Source: a virus (taxonomy: Duplodnaviria; Heunggongvirae; Uroviricota; Caudoviricetes). From it: a DNA stretch of 35,833 nucleotides. Made by a program: the position numbers and the translations under genes. Below are positions 18,543 through 28,181 of the stretch, piece by piece; the stretch's first letter is position 1, and each line of letters starts with the position of its first letter. The stretch spans positions 1-35,833 of the IMG/VR virus record IMGVR_UViG_2565956762_000002; one strand, given 5' to 3'. The notes under the pieces were generated by a model, which made no database searches, had not been told where the DNA came from, and saw only the letters and a list, made by a program, of their open reading frames with translations.

Positions 18543-19035
18543 ACGCTGCCTTGTCGGGACCGTGCTGGCTATTGCTGCCACGCTGCCGGGTTTTCAGCAG
18601 CTTCACACCTCCGTGGAGGGACTGAAACTGATTGCCGATTACGAAGGCTGTCGTCTGCAGCCGTATCAGTGCAGCGCGGGTGTCTGGACCGACGGCATTG
18701 GTAATACGTCGGGCGTCATTCCCGGCAAAACCATTACGGAACGACAGGCAGCAGAAGGGCTGATCTCCAACGTGCTACGTGTGGAGCGGGTGCTGGAAAG
18801 GTGTGTGAAGCAACAGCCGCCGCAGAAGGTGTATGACGCGGTGGTGTCGTTTGCCTTCAACGTGGGAACGGGCAATGCCTGCAGTTCCACGTTGGTGAAA
18901 TTGCTCAACCAGCGGCGCTGGGCGGATGCGTGCCGACAGTTACCGCGCTGGGTGTATGTAAAAGGTGTGTTTAATCAGGGGCTGGATAACCGCCGTGCGC
19001 GGGAGATGGCCTGGTGTTTACAGGGAGCAAACTGA
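18523..19035 (+). CDS. K: Endolysin (lysozyme)
   Basis: 170 aa with lysozyme-like motifs (EGLKLIADYEGCRLQPYQCSAGVWTDGIGNT). Confidence 0.85.
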   Translation: MNPSIVKRCLVGTVLAIAATLPGFQQLHTSVEGLKLIADYEGCRLQPYQCSAGVWTDGIGNTSGVIPGKTITERQAAEGLISNVLRVERVLERCVKQQPPQKVYDAVVSFAFNVGTGNACSSTLVKLLNQRRWADACRQLPRWVYVKGVFNQGLDNRRAREMAWCLQGAN

Positions 19036-19036
19036 A

Positions 19037-19414
19037 ATGAAAAAGAAATTAATCAGCGGACTGTTTCTGATGTTATGGATGGCGCTGTTAATCGCAGCAA
19101 TGGTTTATCCGCAGGGGATTTTTCCGGTACTGGCAGCGTCCGGCGTTTGGGTAGCCTGTTTGCTGACATGGGCGGTAATTCCGGTAGCACTGGCTGCGTT
19201 AATTAAGAATGGCCCGCTCTGGCAGGAGTTAAGGGCATCTTTGCTGAAGACAATTACCCGAAAAGAAAACGTATTTATCAGTTGGGTGATGCGATTGCTG
19301 ATTGTCGTAAGTCTCGCCTGGACGGGGTGGGCTATTACCCTGGTCTTTTATCTGCTGACCGTTATTGCCTTCTGGATCACCCGTAATCAGATGGCGCAAC
19401 AGGTAGCAGCATGA
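19037..19414 (+). CDS. lysA: LysA-like lysis-timing membrane protein
   Basis: 125 aa, multi-TM, right after K; start chosen at ATG 19037 after the K stop. Confidence 0.6.
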   Translation: MKKKLISGLFLMLWMALLIAAMVYPQGIFPVLAASGVWVACLLTWAVIPVALAALIKNGPLWQELRASLLKTITRKENVFISWVMRLLIVVSLAWTGWAITLVFYLLTVIAFWITRNQMAQQVAA

Positions 19415-19839
19415 ACCGGTTGCTGCTGGTTGTGCTGGCGTTATTACTGGCGGCGCTGGGCTGGCAGACGTGGCGGCTGGCTGATGCCAGCCAGACCATT
19501 AGTACGCAGGCAGACGAGCTGCAGAGCAAAAGCCAGGCACTGGCAAAGAGCAACAGCCAGCTTATTAGCCTGTCCATTCTGACTGAAACCAATAACCGGG
19601 AGCAGGCGCGGCTCTATGCCGAAGCAGAACAGACCAGCGCGCTGCTGAGACAACGACAACACCGGATCGAGGAACTGAAACGTGAGAACGAGGATTTACG
19701 CCGCTGGGCTGATACTCCTTTGCCTGCTGACATTATCCGGCTGCGGGAACGTTCGGCACTCACCGGAGGTGCAGCTTATCGTCAGTGGTTGTCCGCGAGT
19801 GACACCGTGTCGGCTGGAGCAGGCAGCGCCGCGCACTAA
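19411..19839 (+). CDS. lysB: LysB, Rz-like i-spanin
   Basis: N-terminal TM followed by a coiled-coil, 142 aa. Confidence 0.7.
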   Translation: MNRLLLVVLALLLAALGWQTWRLADASQTISTQADELQSKSQALAKSNSQLISLSILTETNNREQARLYAEAEQTSALLRQRQHRIEELKRENEDLRRWADTPLPADIIRLRERSALTGGAAYRQWLSASDTVSAGAGSAAH

Positions 19840-19972
19840 CGGTGATCTGAACGCGTTGTTGGATGAAACGGAGGCCGCCTGGGCGGTCTGTGCAGACAAA
19901 GTGGACATGATTATTGCGTGTCAGGAGCGAAACAGTGAACAAACCACAATCCCTGCGCCACGCCCTCAATAA
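19682..19972 (+). CDS. lysC: LysC, Rz1-like o-spanin lipoprotein
   Basis: Overlaps lysB in another frame; lipobox LTLSGC. Confidence 0.6.
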   Translation: MRTRIYAAGLILLCLLTLSGCGNVRHSPEVQLIVSGCPRVTPCRLEQAAPRTNGDLNALLDETEAAWAVCADKVDMIIACQERNSEQTTIPAPRPQ

Positions 19973-20366
19973 AGCGGTGCCTTATGTCCGCAATAACCCG
20001 GACAAACTGCATCTGTTTGTGGATAACGGTTCGCTGGTTGCCACGGGGGCCAGCTCCATGTCATGGGAGTACCGCTATACCCTGAACGTGGTGATAGAGG
20101 ATTTCAGTGGCGACCAGAATCTGCTGATGGCCCCGGTTTTACTGTGGCTTCGGGATAACCAGCCCGATGCCATCAATAACCCGGCGTTACGGGAAAAGCT
20201 ATTCACCTTTGATGTGGATATTTTGCGCAACGATGTCTGTGATATCAGCCTTAACCTGCAACTGACGGAACGTGTGCTGGTCAGCACTGACGGCAGTGTG
20301 TCGAGCGTTGAAGCTGTAGCAGAACCCGATGAACCTGAAGAAATGTGGACGGTGAAACGTGGCTGA
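19935..20366 (+). CDS. R: Tail completion protein R
   Basis: GTG at 19935 preceded by AGGAG; conserved order. Confidence 0.75.
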   Translation: MNKPQSLRHALNKAVPYVRNNPDKLHLFVDNGSLVATGASSMSWEYRYTLNVVIEDFSGDQNLLMAPVLLWLRDNQPDAINNPALREKLFTFDVDILRNDVCDISLNLQLTERVLVSTDGSVSSVEAVAEPDEPEEMWTVKRG

Positions 20367-20805
20367 ACTGCAGAAGGTGGACGACTGGCTGAGTGCCTTG
20401 CTGGCGAATCTGGAACCAGCCACGAGAAGCCGCATGATGCGCCAGCTGGCGCAGGAACTGCGCCGGACACAGCAGCAGAATATCAGGATGCAGCGCAATC
20501 CAGATGGCAGCAGTTATGAACCGCGCAGGGTAACAGCACGCAGCAAGAAGGGGCGCATCAAACGTCAGATGTTTGCAAAGCTGCGCACCACAAAATACCT
20601 GAAAACTGCCGCCAGCGCCGACTCTGCCAGCGTACAGTTTGAAGGCAAGGTGCAGCGTATTGCCCGTGTTCACCATTATGGCCTGCGTGATCGCGTCAGT
20701 CGCAAAGGACCGGAGGTCCGTTACGCAGAGCGCCGCCTGCTGGGTGTAAATGATGATGTTGAGGCAATGACCCGCGACATGATTCTGCAATGGCTGGCGG
20801 GGTGA
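20359..20805 (+). CDS. S: Tail completion protein S
   Basis: 148 aa overlapping the R stop; conserved order. Confidence 0.75.
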   Translation: MAELQKVDDWLSALLANLEPATRSRMMRQLAQELRRTQQQNIRMQRNPDGSSYEPRRVTARSKKGRIKRQMFAKLRTTKYLKTAASADSASVQFEGKVQRIARVHHYGLRDRVSRKGPEVRYAERRLLGVNDDVEAMTRDMILQWLAG

Positions 20806-20809
20806 TCTT

Positions 20810-20827
20810 TGTATCAGCACTGATACA
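20810..20827. promoter_or_regulatory. Late-promoter activator (Ogr) site, TGT-N12-ACA
   Basis: TGTATCAGCACTGATACA, a near-perfect dyad, upstream of V. Confidence 0.5.
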
Positions 20828-20873
20828 AGTTGCAGCACTGCCGCCTTTCTTCCCCTGATGGCAACCTTTCCCT

Positions 20874-21452
20874 ATGAACGCACAACTAACCGAAATCATG
20901 CGCCTCATCACCAACCTGATCCGCACAGGGGTAGTCACCGAAGTGGACAGGGAAAACTGGCTTTGTCGGGTGAAAACGGGCGACCTTGAAACCAACTGGA
21001 TCAGCTGGCTGACGCTGCGTGCCGGGAATGCCCGCACATGGTGGCGACCAACGGAAGGTGAACAGGTGGTGCTGCTGAGTCTGGGCGGAAATCTTGAAAC
21101 CGCCTTTGCGTTGCCCGCTGTCTATTCGAATCAGTTCGCTCCACCGTCGACGTCGGCGGACGCCTGCGTGACAGAACATCCTGACGGTGGCTGGTTTGAA
21201 TACGAACCCGCCACCGGGCGCTGGTATGTCAGGGGCATCAAATCAATGGTCATTGAGGCTGCCGACAACATCACCATGAAAACCAGTGAGTTTGTACTGG
21301 AGGCTGACCGCACGCGCATTAACAGCGAAGTGGTGATCAATGGTGGCGTTACCCAGGGCGGCGGAGCGATGAGTTCTAACGGGATTGTGGTTGATGCGCA
21401 TCAGCATACTGGCGTCCTGAAAGGCGGCGACACAACCGGAGGTCCGGTATGA
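20874..21452 (+). CDS. V: Baseplate spike/assembly protein V
   Basis: 192 aa; conserved position and motifs (TWWRP, EGEQV). Confidence 0.85.
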   Translation: MNAQLTEIMRLITNLIRTGVVTEVDRENWLCRVKTGDLETNWISWLTLRAGNARTWWRPTEGEQVVLLSLGGNLETAFALPAVYSNQFAPPSTSADACVTEHPDGGWFEYEPATGRWYVRGIKSMVIEAADNITMKTSEFVLEADRTRINSEVVINGGVTQGGGAMSSNGIVVDAHQHTGVLKGGDTTGGPV

Positions 21453-21808
21453 CGCTTTATAGCGGGATGAATAATACCAGCGGCAAAGCCATTACTGATA
21501 TTGACCATCTGCGCCAGTCGGTGCGGGACATTCTGCTGACACCGCAGGGTAGCCGTATTGCCCGTCGGGAATATGGTTCTCTGCTGTCGGCACTGATAGA
21601 CCAGTCACAAAATCCGGCATTACGCCTGCAGGTCATGTCGGCAGTGTATGTGGCGCTGAGTCGCTGGGAGCCACGGCTGACGCTGGATTCCATCACCATT
21701 AACAGCAATTTTGACGGTTCAATGGTGGTGGAGCTGACCGGGCGGCGTAATAACGGTGTGCCTGTTTCCCTTTCCGTATCAACAGGAGCAGAGAATGGCA
21801 GTGATTGA
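21449..21808 (+). CDS. W: Baseplate wedge protein W (gp25-like)
   Basis: 119 aa overlapping the V stop. Confidence 0.8.
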   Translation: MTLYSGMNNTSGKAITDIDHLRQSVRDILLTPQGSRIARREYGSLLSALIDQSQNPALRLQVMSAVYVALSRWEPRLTLDSITINSNFDGSMVVELTGRRNNGVPVSLSVSTGAENGSD

Positions 21809-22703
21809 CCTTTCGCAGTTGCCTGCGCCGCAGATTGTGGATGTGCCGGACTTTGAGACGCTGCTTGCCGAACGCAAGGCCGAATTTGTGGCGCTTCATC
21901 CGAAAGATGAACAGGAGGCTGTGATGCGTACCCTGGAACTGGAATCTGAACCCGTCACCAAATTGTTGCAGGAGAATGCTTATCGTGAGTTGCTTCTGCG
22001 CCAGCGCATTAACGAAGCCGCGCAGGCGGTGATGGTGGCTTATGCCATAGGGAGCGATCTGGACCAGCTCGCTGCCAACTACAACGTGACACGCCTGACG
22101 GTGACGCCTGCTGATAATGATGCTGTGCCGCCCGTTGCAGCTGTGATGGAAAGCGATGAAGCGTTACGCCTGCGTGTGCCTGCAGCCTTTGAAGGGCTTT
22201 CTGTTGCGGGGCCAACTGCAGCTTATGAATTTCATGCCCGAAGCGCCGACGGTCGGGTGGCGGATGCCAGTGCAACCAGCCCGGCACCTGCAGAGGTGGT
22301 GCTGACTGTCCTGAGCCGCGAAGGCGACGGAACGGCAGAAAAAGACCTGCTGGACGTGGTGGAAAAAGCTCTGAACAGTGAGAACGTCCGCCCGGTGGCT
22401 GACCGTCTGACGGTTCGCAGCGCAGAAATCATCCCGTACCGCGTGGAAGCCACCATTTTTCTCTATCCGGGGCCGGAAGCAGAGCCGGTAATGGCAGCGG
22501 CAAAAGCCAGTCTGCAGAAGTACATTGCCAGCCAGACGAGGCTTGGTCGGGATATTCGCCGTAGCGCCATCTTTGCTGCTCTGCATGTTGAGGGTGTTCA
22601 ACGTGTGGAACTGGCTTCTCCGCTGGCGGATGTGGTCCTGAACAAAACACAGGCGGCATCATGTACGCAGTGGAGCGTAACCAACGGAGGAACGGATGAA
22701 TAG
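21795..22703 (+). CDS. J: Baseplate protein J
   Basis: Start at ATG 21795 after GGAGCAGAGA; about 302 aa. Confidence 0.85.
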   Translation: MAVIDLSQLPAPQIVDVPDFETLLAERKAEFVALHPKDEQEAVMRTLELESEPVTKLLQENAYRELLLRQRINEAAQAVMVAYAIGSDLDQLAANYNVTRLTVTPADNDAVPPVAAVMESDEALRLRVPAAFEGLSVAGPTAAYEFHARSADGRVADASATSPAPAEVVLTVLSREGDGTAEKDLLDVVEKALNSENVRPVADRLTVRSAEIIPYRVEATIFLYPGPEAEPVMAAAKASLQKYIASQTRLGRDIRRSAIFAALHVEGVQRVELASPLADVVLNKTQAASCTQWSVTNGGTDE

Positions 22704-23301
22704 TCTGCTGCCACCGGGTTCAACTTCACTGGAGCGCCGACTGGCGCAAACCTGTAGCGGGATTTCTGATCTGCAGGTGCCGCTGCGTGACTTGTGGAAT
22801 CCGGCTACCTGTCCGGTCAGCTTCCTGCCTTATCTCGCCTGGGCGTTCTCTGTGGATCGCTGGGACGAGGGCTGGACAGAAAGCGTCAAACGCCATGTAG
22901 TGAAGGATGCTTTTTATATTCATCAGCATAAAGGAACTACCAGTGCCGTGCGGCGGGTGGTGGAACCGTTCGGATTCCTGATCCGCATTATTGAGTGGTG
23001 GCAGACCGGAGAAACACCGGGCACGTTTCGCCTGGATATCGGCGTGCAGGACCAGGGCATCACTGAAGATACCTATCTGGAACTTGAGCGGCTGATAAGC
23101 GATGCCAAACCATGTAGCCGTCACATGATCGGCATGTCCATCAATCTGCAGACTAGCGGTCCGCATTGGGTGGGGGCCGCCAGCTATCTTGGCGAAGAAA
23201 TCACGATCTATCCGTATATCAACGAAACAATTATTTCTGGCGGCACCGCGCATGAAGGCGGGGCGGTCCATGTTATTGACACAATGAGAGTGAATCCATG
23301 A
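22696..23301 (+). CDS. I: Baseplate/tail formation protein I
   Basis: 201 aa, overlapping neighbours. Confidence 0.8.
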   Translation: MNSLLPPGSTSLERRLAQTCSGISDLQVPLRDLWNPATCPVSFLPYLAWAFSVDRWDEGWTESVKRHVVKDAFYIHQHKGTTSAVRRVVEPFGFLIRIIEWWQTGETPGTFRLDIGVQDQGITEDTYLELERLISDAKPCSRHMIGMSINLQTSGPHWVGAASYLGEEITIYPYINETIISGGTAHEGGAVHVIDTMRVNP

Positions 23302-24704
23302 GCACAAAATTTTATACCCTGCTGACGGATATTGGCGCGGCGAAACTTGCCAGCGCCGCCGCGCTCGGTGTGCCGCTAAAAATTACCCATATGGCGGTCG
23401 GCGATGGCGGCGGAGTATTGCCAACGCCAGACTCAAAGCAGACTGCACTGGTAAATGAGAAACGCCGGGCTGCGCTGAATATGCTCTATATCGACCCGCA
23501 GAACAGCAGTCAGATTATTGCCGAACAGGTGATCCCTGAAAACGAGGGCGGTTGGTGGATACGTGAAGTGGGCTTGTTTGATGAGTCCGGGGCATTGATT
23601 GCCGTGGGCAACTGCCCGGAAAGCTATAAGCCGCAACTGGCTGAAGGTAGCGGGCGCACTCAGACCGTGCGCATGGTGCTGATTACCAGCAGCACGGACA
23701 ATATCACCCTGAAAATCGACCCTGCTGTAGTGCTGGCAACCCGCAAGTATGTGGATGACAAGGCACTGGAGCTGAAGGTGTACGCGGATGATCAGATGGC
23801 AAAACATCTTGCCGCACCGGACCCGCATTCACAGTATGCACCCAAAGAAAGTCCGACGTTTACCGGGACACCCAAAGCGCCAACGCCAGCAGCAGGGAAT
23901 AACACCACGCAGATTGCGACCACCGAGTTTGTTCAGGCGGCTCTGACGGCTCTTATTAATGGTGCGCCAGCCACGCTGGACACGCTGAAAGAAATAGCCG
24001 CAGCCATTAACAATGATCCGAAATTCAGTACCACCATTAACAATGCGCTGGCACTGAAAGCGCCGCTGTCGAGTCCGACACTCACCGGAACGCCAACCGC
24101 ACCTACTGCGGCACAGTCGGTCAACAATACACAAATTGCCACCACGGCATTTGTGAAATCGGCGATTGCGGCAATGGTGGGGTCTGCACCTGCGGCACTG
24201 GATACACTGAACGAACTGGCGGCGGCGCTGGGGAATGACCCGAACTTTGCCACGACAATGCTTAATGCACTGGCAGGTAAACAACCGCTGGACAATACGC
24301 TGACTAATTTGAGTGGAAAGGATGTAACTGGTCTTCTCACATACCTTGGTTTAGGAGAAGCGGCGAAAAGGGATGTGGGCACAGGAGATAATCAGATACC
24401 GGATATGGGAGCATTCGCTTCTGGTTCGGGATGGTTCAGGCTACCAGGTGGATATATTGTTCAGTTTGGCACTTTTTCAGGAAACACGACCCGCTTTATC
24501 AGTGGACACTTCCCTATACCATTCCCTAATCAGCCGATGGTTTCAGTCAGTGTTATGTCTGATGCCGTTCAGTCAGACCCGTCGAATCCTGCCCCGCAGG
24601 TTTTGTCTGTAAATTTTGAACATATCAGTAATTCAGCGTGGCGTGTGGCAACCAGTGATATCTCACAGCAATACAGATTCAGTTATATTTCGATAGGACG
24701 GTAG
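23298..24704 (+). CDS. H: Tail fibre protein H (currently expressed C-terminal variant)
   Basis: 468 aa; N-terminus matches P2 H as recalled (MSxKF ... MAVGDGGG ... ESYKPxLAEGSGR). The C-terminal about 120 aa lies inside the invertible segment. Confidence 0.88.
   Translation: MSTKFYTLLTDIGAAKLASAAALGVPLKITHMAVGDGGGVLPTPDSKQTALVNEKRRAALNMLYIDPQNSSQIIAEQVIPENEGGWWIREVGLFDESGALIAVGNCPESYKPQLAEGSGRTQTVRMVLITSSTDNITLKIDPAVVLATRKYVDDKALELKVYADDQMAKHLAAPDPHSQYAPKESPTFTGTPKAPTPAAGNNTTQIATTEFVQAALTALINGAPATLDTLKEIAAAINNDPKFSTTINNALALKAPLSSPTLTGTPTAPTAAQSVNNTQIATTAFVKSAIAAMVGSAPAALDTLNELAAALGNDPNFATTMLNALAGKQPLDNTLTNLSGKDVTGLLTYLGLGEAAKRDVGTGDNQIPDMGAFASGSGWFRLPGGYIVQFGTFSGNTTRFISGHFPIPFPNQPMVSVSVMSDAVQSDPSNPAPQVLSVNFEHISNSAWRVATSDISQQYRFSYISIGR
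24334..24359. other. Invertase crossover site (left), Hin/Gin/Cin-type
   Basis: TTCTCACATACCTTGGTTTAGGAGAA; it is the inverted repeat of the site at 26210-26235 and resembles hix/gix sites. Confidence 0.6.
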
Positions 24705-24706
24705 AA

Positions 24707-25147
24707 ATGCAGAAATATATTTTCAGTGCCGATAAAAATGCGTTTTTCCCTGTGGAGCTTAAAATCGCTTATCAGGAATCCGGCGAATGGCCCGATGATG
24801 GAATCGAAATTGACGACACTGTTGCCGCCGAATTTATGAAGGAAGCACCAGAAGGAAAATACAGATGTGTCATCGACGGAATGCCTGCATGGATTGATAT
24901 TCCACCGCCGACTCATGAGGAACAAATTGCCGCAGCCGAACTGGAAAAGCAGCAATTGATTAATCAGGTCAACGAATACATAAACAGTAAGCAATGGCCT
25001 GGTAAAGCAGCGATTGGTCGCCTGAAAGGTGAGGAACTGGCGCAATATAATTTGTGGCTGGATTATCTGGACGCACTGGAACTGGTTGATTCCTCCAGTG
25101 CTCCAGATATTGAATGGCCTACGCCTCCGGCAGTTCAGGCCAGATGA
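24707..25147 (+). CDS. G: Tail fibre assembly chaperone (G, expressed orientation)
   Basis: 146 aa directly after H; Tfa-like C-terminus. Confidence 0.8.
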   Translation: MQKYIFSADKNAFFPVELKIAYQESGEWPDDGIEIDDTVAAEFMKEAPEGKYRCVIDGMPAWIDIPPPTHEEQIAAAELEKQQLINQVNEYINSKQWPGKAAIGRLKGEELAQYNLWLDYLDALELVDSSSAPDIEWPTPPAVQAR

Positions 25148-25721
25148 CATCCGGTGCGGTGCTGGTATCTGTTGCCGTCACCGCGTCAATGTAATCCAGC
25201 ACGGCGTTAAGTCGGGTTGTTTCTGCCTGCGTCAGCTTCCGCCCGGCCCGTAATTTCAGTTGAATCAGACTGATGGAAGCCATTGCTGCATCAATCAGTG
25301 ACTGGCGCTGTGCTTCTGCCGCTTCTACTGCGGCGCTATGCTGTGCCTCAGTATCCGTCACCCATTTCTCACCATCCCATTTATCATATGGCGTTAACGG
25401 GGCGATAGTGGTTGTATTTTCAGGGTAATCACCCGGAGCTGTGATTTCTTTCGATTCTCCTGTTTCGGTGCTATAGATGATTTCACCGCGATGGTCTGGT
25501 ACATATTCCCATGAGTTACAATCTGCAGAACGGCAGATTGCATAACCAGCTTTATGTGTAACTGGTGCATCTAAACAAGAACATGCCGGGATACCGACGC
25601 CAACGGCAAGATATTCTGTTGATGATGAAATGTATTCCCGTGTCGTGTTGTCATAGTTATAGACGGTAATATCACCCGCTACTGTGGCAATAAATTCACT
25701 GTTTAATTTTGCCTGTGTCAT
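25119..25721 (-). CDS. Alternative tail fibre assembly chaperone (silent orientation)
   Basis: 200 aa on the minus strand, converging on G with a 29-bp overlap; Tfa-like C-terminus (LDYIDAVTATDTSTAPDVIWPELP). Confidence 0.75.
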   Translation of the reverse strand: MTQAKLNSEFIATVAGDITVYNYDNTTREYISSSTEYLAVGVGIPACSCLDAPVTHKAGYAICRSADCNSWEYVPDHRGEIIYSTETGESKEITAPGDYPENTTTIAPLTPYDKWDGEKWVTDTEAQHSAAVEAAEAQRQSLIDAAMASISLIQLKLRAGRKLTQAETTRLNAVLDYIDAVTATDTSTAPDVIWPELPEA

Positions 25722-26235
25722 TATGCAGCCCTCACGATGTAGTTAAATGCAATGTTGCGCGGGCGGGTTTCAGTGCTAATATTCGCTGCATTGTCAGAAG
25801 CAACCCCACGAGTGCTGATAGCTCTTACTGCTGAAGGTAGGCTTTGAGGCTCCCGGTCAGTATAGGCAATCCCCCCATCCCCTCCAGTTACTAGCGGACC
25901 ATAATTCCCGGTCTGACCAATAGTTGACGATGTTGTATTTGAACCTGTCCAGAACTCTTGGTTATGTGAGTGGTCTCTGAGTGAATGGCCTTGAGATGAA
26001 AGCAGCGCACGCCCGTTGTCGATACCACGACTATCATCCCATCCACGGATAAACTCACCGCGTAAATCAGGTAATTTATTTGTTGGATAAGCCTTTGCCA
26101 GTTCCGGGTATTCTTCAGCAGAAAATGCCGCACCGTTGCATTTCAGCCAGCCTGTTGGCGGTGTGGCTGAAGGCCATGGAACAGGCACACCAACAGGTAA
26201 TGCAGAGCCTTCTCCCAAACCAACGTTTATGAAAA
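25721..26235 (-). CDS. Alternative tail-fibre C-terminal segment (promoterless, P2 H-type ending)
   Basis: Minus-strand ORF ending NIAFNYIVRAA, as in P2 H; begins at the right crossover site (LGEG ... PVPWPS) and would fuse to the H constant region after inversion. Confidence 0.65.
26210..26235. other. Invertase crossover site (right)
   Basis: TTCTCCCAAACCAACGTTTATGAAAA; about 20 of 26 positions match the reverse complement of 24334-24359. Confidence 0.6.
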
Positions 26236-26290
26236 TGCAGAGATAATGGCTAACTGGCATCATCCACGGTTTTTATTCAGGGGATTGATC

Positions 26291-26857
26291 ATGCTTATTG
26301 GCTATGTACGCGTGTCAACAAATGACCAGAACACCGATTTGCAACGTAATGCACTGAACTGCGCGGGATGTGAGCGGATTTTTGAGGATAAAATCAGTGG
26401 CACTAAGTCCGACAGACCGGGGCTTAAAAAACTGCTCAGGACACTATCGGCAGGAGACACTCTGGTTGTCTGGAAGCTGGACAGGTTGGGGCGCAGTATG
26501 CGGCATCTTGTTACACTGATAGAAGAGTTGCGTCAGCGTGGCGTGAATTTCCGAAGCCTGACTGACAGTATTGATACCAGCACCCCAATGGGCCGTTTCT
26601 TTTTTCATGTCATGGGGGTCCTGGCTGAAATGGAACGCGAACTGATAGTTGAACGTACCATGGCAGGGCTGGCTGCAGCTCGTGCCAAAGGCAGAGTAGG
26701 TGGACGCCGTCCTAAGTTGACCACCGAACAGTGGGCACAGATTGGGCGTTTACTCGAGGCCGGAGAATCAAGACAGCGTATTGCACTGATTTTTGATGTA
26801 GGCGTTTCTACCATTTATAGAAAATTTCCGGCAAATAAGAGCAATGAATCCCCCTGA
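26291..26857 (+). CDS. Serine DNA invertase (Hin/Gin/Cin/Pin family)
   Basis: MLIGYVRVSTNDQNTDLQ with catalytic Ser and a C-terminal HTH; start at ATG 26291. Confidence 0.9.
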   Translation: MLIGYVRVSTNDQNTDLQRNALNCAGCERIFEDKISGTKSDRPGLKKLLRTLSAGDTLVVWKLDRLGRSMRHLVTLIEELRQRGVNFRSLTDSIDTSTPMGRFFFHVMGVLAEMERELIVERTMAGLAAARAKGRVGGRRPKLTTEQWAQIGRLLEAGESRQRIALIFDVGVSTIYRKFPANKSNESP

Positions 26858-26905
26858 ATCAGCATTATTTTGATTATCCCTGCAAGTAGACAAATACCGT
26901 CATTT

Positions 26906-26923
26906 TGTGTGAATAACGACACA
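26906..26923. promoter_or_regulatory. Late-promoter activator (Ogr) site, TGT-N12-ACA
   Basis: TGTGTGAATAACGACACA, about 80 bp upstream of FI. Confidence 0.5.
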
Positions 26924-26999
26924 ACCGCGCTTAGCTGTTTGTCAGGCACAATCACTTCAACATAGGGCGAAGCCTAATCCAATCAGGAGGTTCGCCACT

Positions 27000-28172
27000 A
27001 TGGCTCAGGATTACCACCACGGGGTGCGCGTTGTTGAAGTCAACGAAGGCACCCGATCCATTACCACGGTGAGCACCGCCATCGTGGGCATGGTCTGCAC
27101 GGGCGATGATGCCGATGCAAAAATGTTTCCTCTTAATAAACCCGTGCTGATCACTGATGTGCTTACCGCCAGTGGTAAAGCGGGTGAGTCCGGCACACTG
27201 GCCCGTTCGCTGGATGCCATCGCTGACCAGGCAAAACCCGTGACCATTGTTGTGCGTGTGCCGCAGGGTGAAACGGAAGAAGAAACCACGACCAATATCA
27301 TCGGCGCAGTGACTGCTGAAGGTAAAAAAACAGGCATGAAAGCCCTGTTATCTGCCCAGTCACAGCTCGGCGTTAAACCGCGCATTCTCGGCGTGCCAGG
27401 CCACGACACCAAGGCGGTAGCGACTGAGTTGCTGAGCGTGGCGCAAAGCCTGCGTGGGTTTGCTTACCTGTCAGCGTATGGCTGCAAGACGGTACAGGAG
27501 GCGATCACTTACCGTGAAAACTTCAGCCAGCGCGAAGGGATGCTGATCTGGCCCGACTTTACTGGCTGGGACACGGTGCTGAATGCCGAAGCAACGGCTT
27601 ATGCCACCGCCCGTGCGCTTGGTCTGCGCGCTAAAATTGACGAGCAGACCGGATGGCACAAAAGCCTGTCCAACGTGGGCGTTAACGGTGTCACCGGAAT
27701 TTCTGCTGATGTGTTCTGGGATCTGCAGGACACGGCAACAGATGCGGGACTGCTGAACCAGAACGACGTCACCACCCTTATCCGCAAAGACGGTTTCCGC
27801 TTCTGGGGTTCCCGCTGCCTGAGTGATGACCCGTTCTTTGCCTTCGAAAACTACACCCGCACGGCGCAGGTACTTATGGACACAATGGCAGAAGCGCATA
27901 TGTGGGCGGTGGACAAACCGCTGAACCCGTCGTTGGCCCGCGACATTATCGAAGGTATCCGCGCCAAAATGCGCAGCCTGGTCAGTCAGGGCTATCTCAT
28001 TGGTGGTGATTGCTGGCTGGATGAGTCGGTGAACGACAAAGATACTCTGAAAGCCGGGAAGCTCACCATCGACTACGACTACACGCCAGTGCCGCCACTT
28101 GAAAACCTGATGCTGCGTCAGCGCATCACCGATCAGTACCTGGTGAATTTCTCCAGCCAGGTCAGCGCGTAA
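27000..28172 (+). CDS. FI: Tail sheath protein FI
   Basis: 390 aa with RBS AGGAGG upstream; conserved position. Confidence 0.92.
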   Translation: MAQDYHHGVRVVEVNEGTRSITTVSTAIVGMVCTGDDADAKMFPLNKPVLITDVLTASGKAGESGTLARSLDAIADQAKPVTIVVRVPQGETEEETTTNIIGAVTAEGKKTGMKALLSAQSQLGVKPRILGVPGHDTKAVATELLSVAQSLRGFAYLSAYGCKTVQEAITYRENFSQREGMLIWPDFTGWDTVLNAEATAYATARALGLRAKIDEQTGWHKSLSNVGVNGVTGISADVFWDLQDTATDAGLLNQNDVTTLIRKDGFRFWGSRCLSDDPFFAFENYTRTAQVLMDTMAEAHMWAVDKPLNPSLARDIIEGIRAKMRSLVSQGYLIGGDCWLDESVNDKDTLKAGKLTIDYDYTPVPPLENLMLRQRITDQYLVNFSSQVSA

Positions 28173-28181
28173 GGGGATAAC

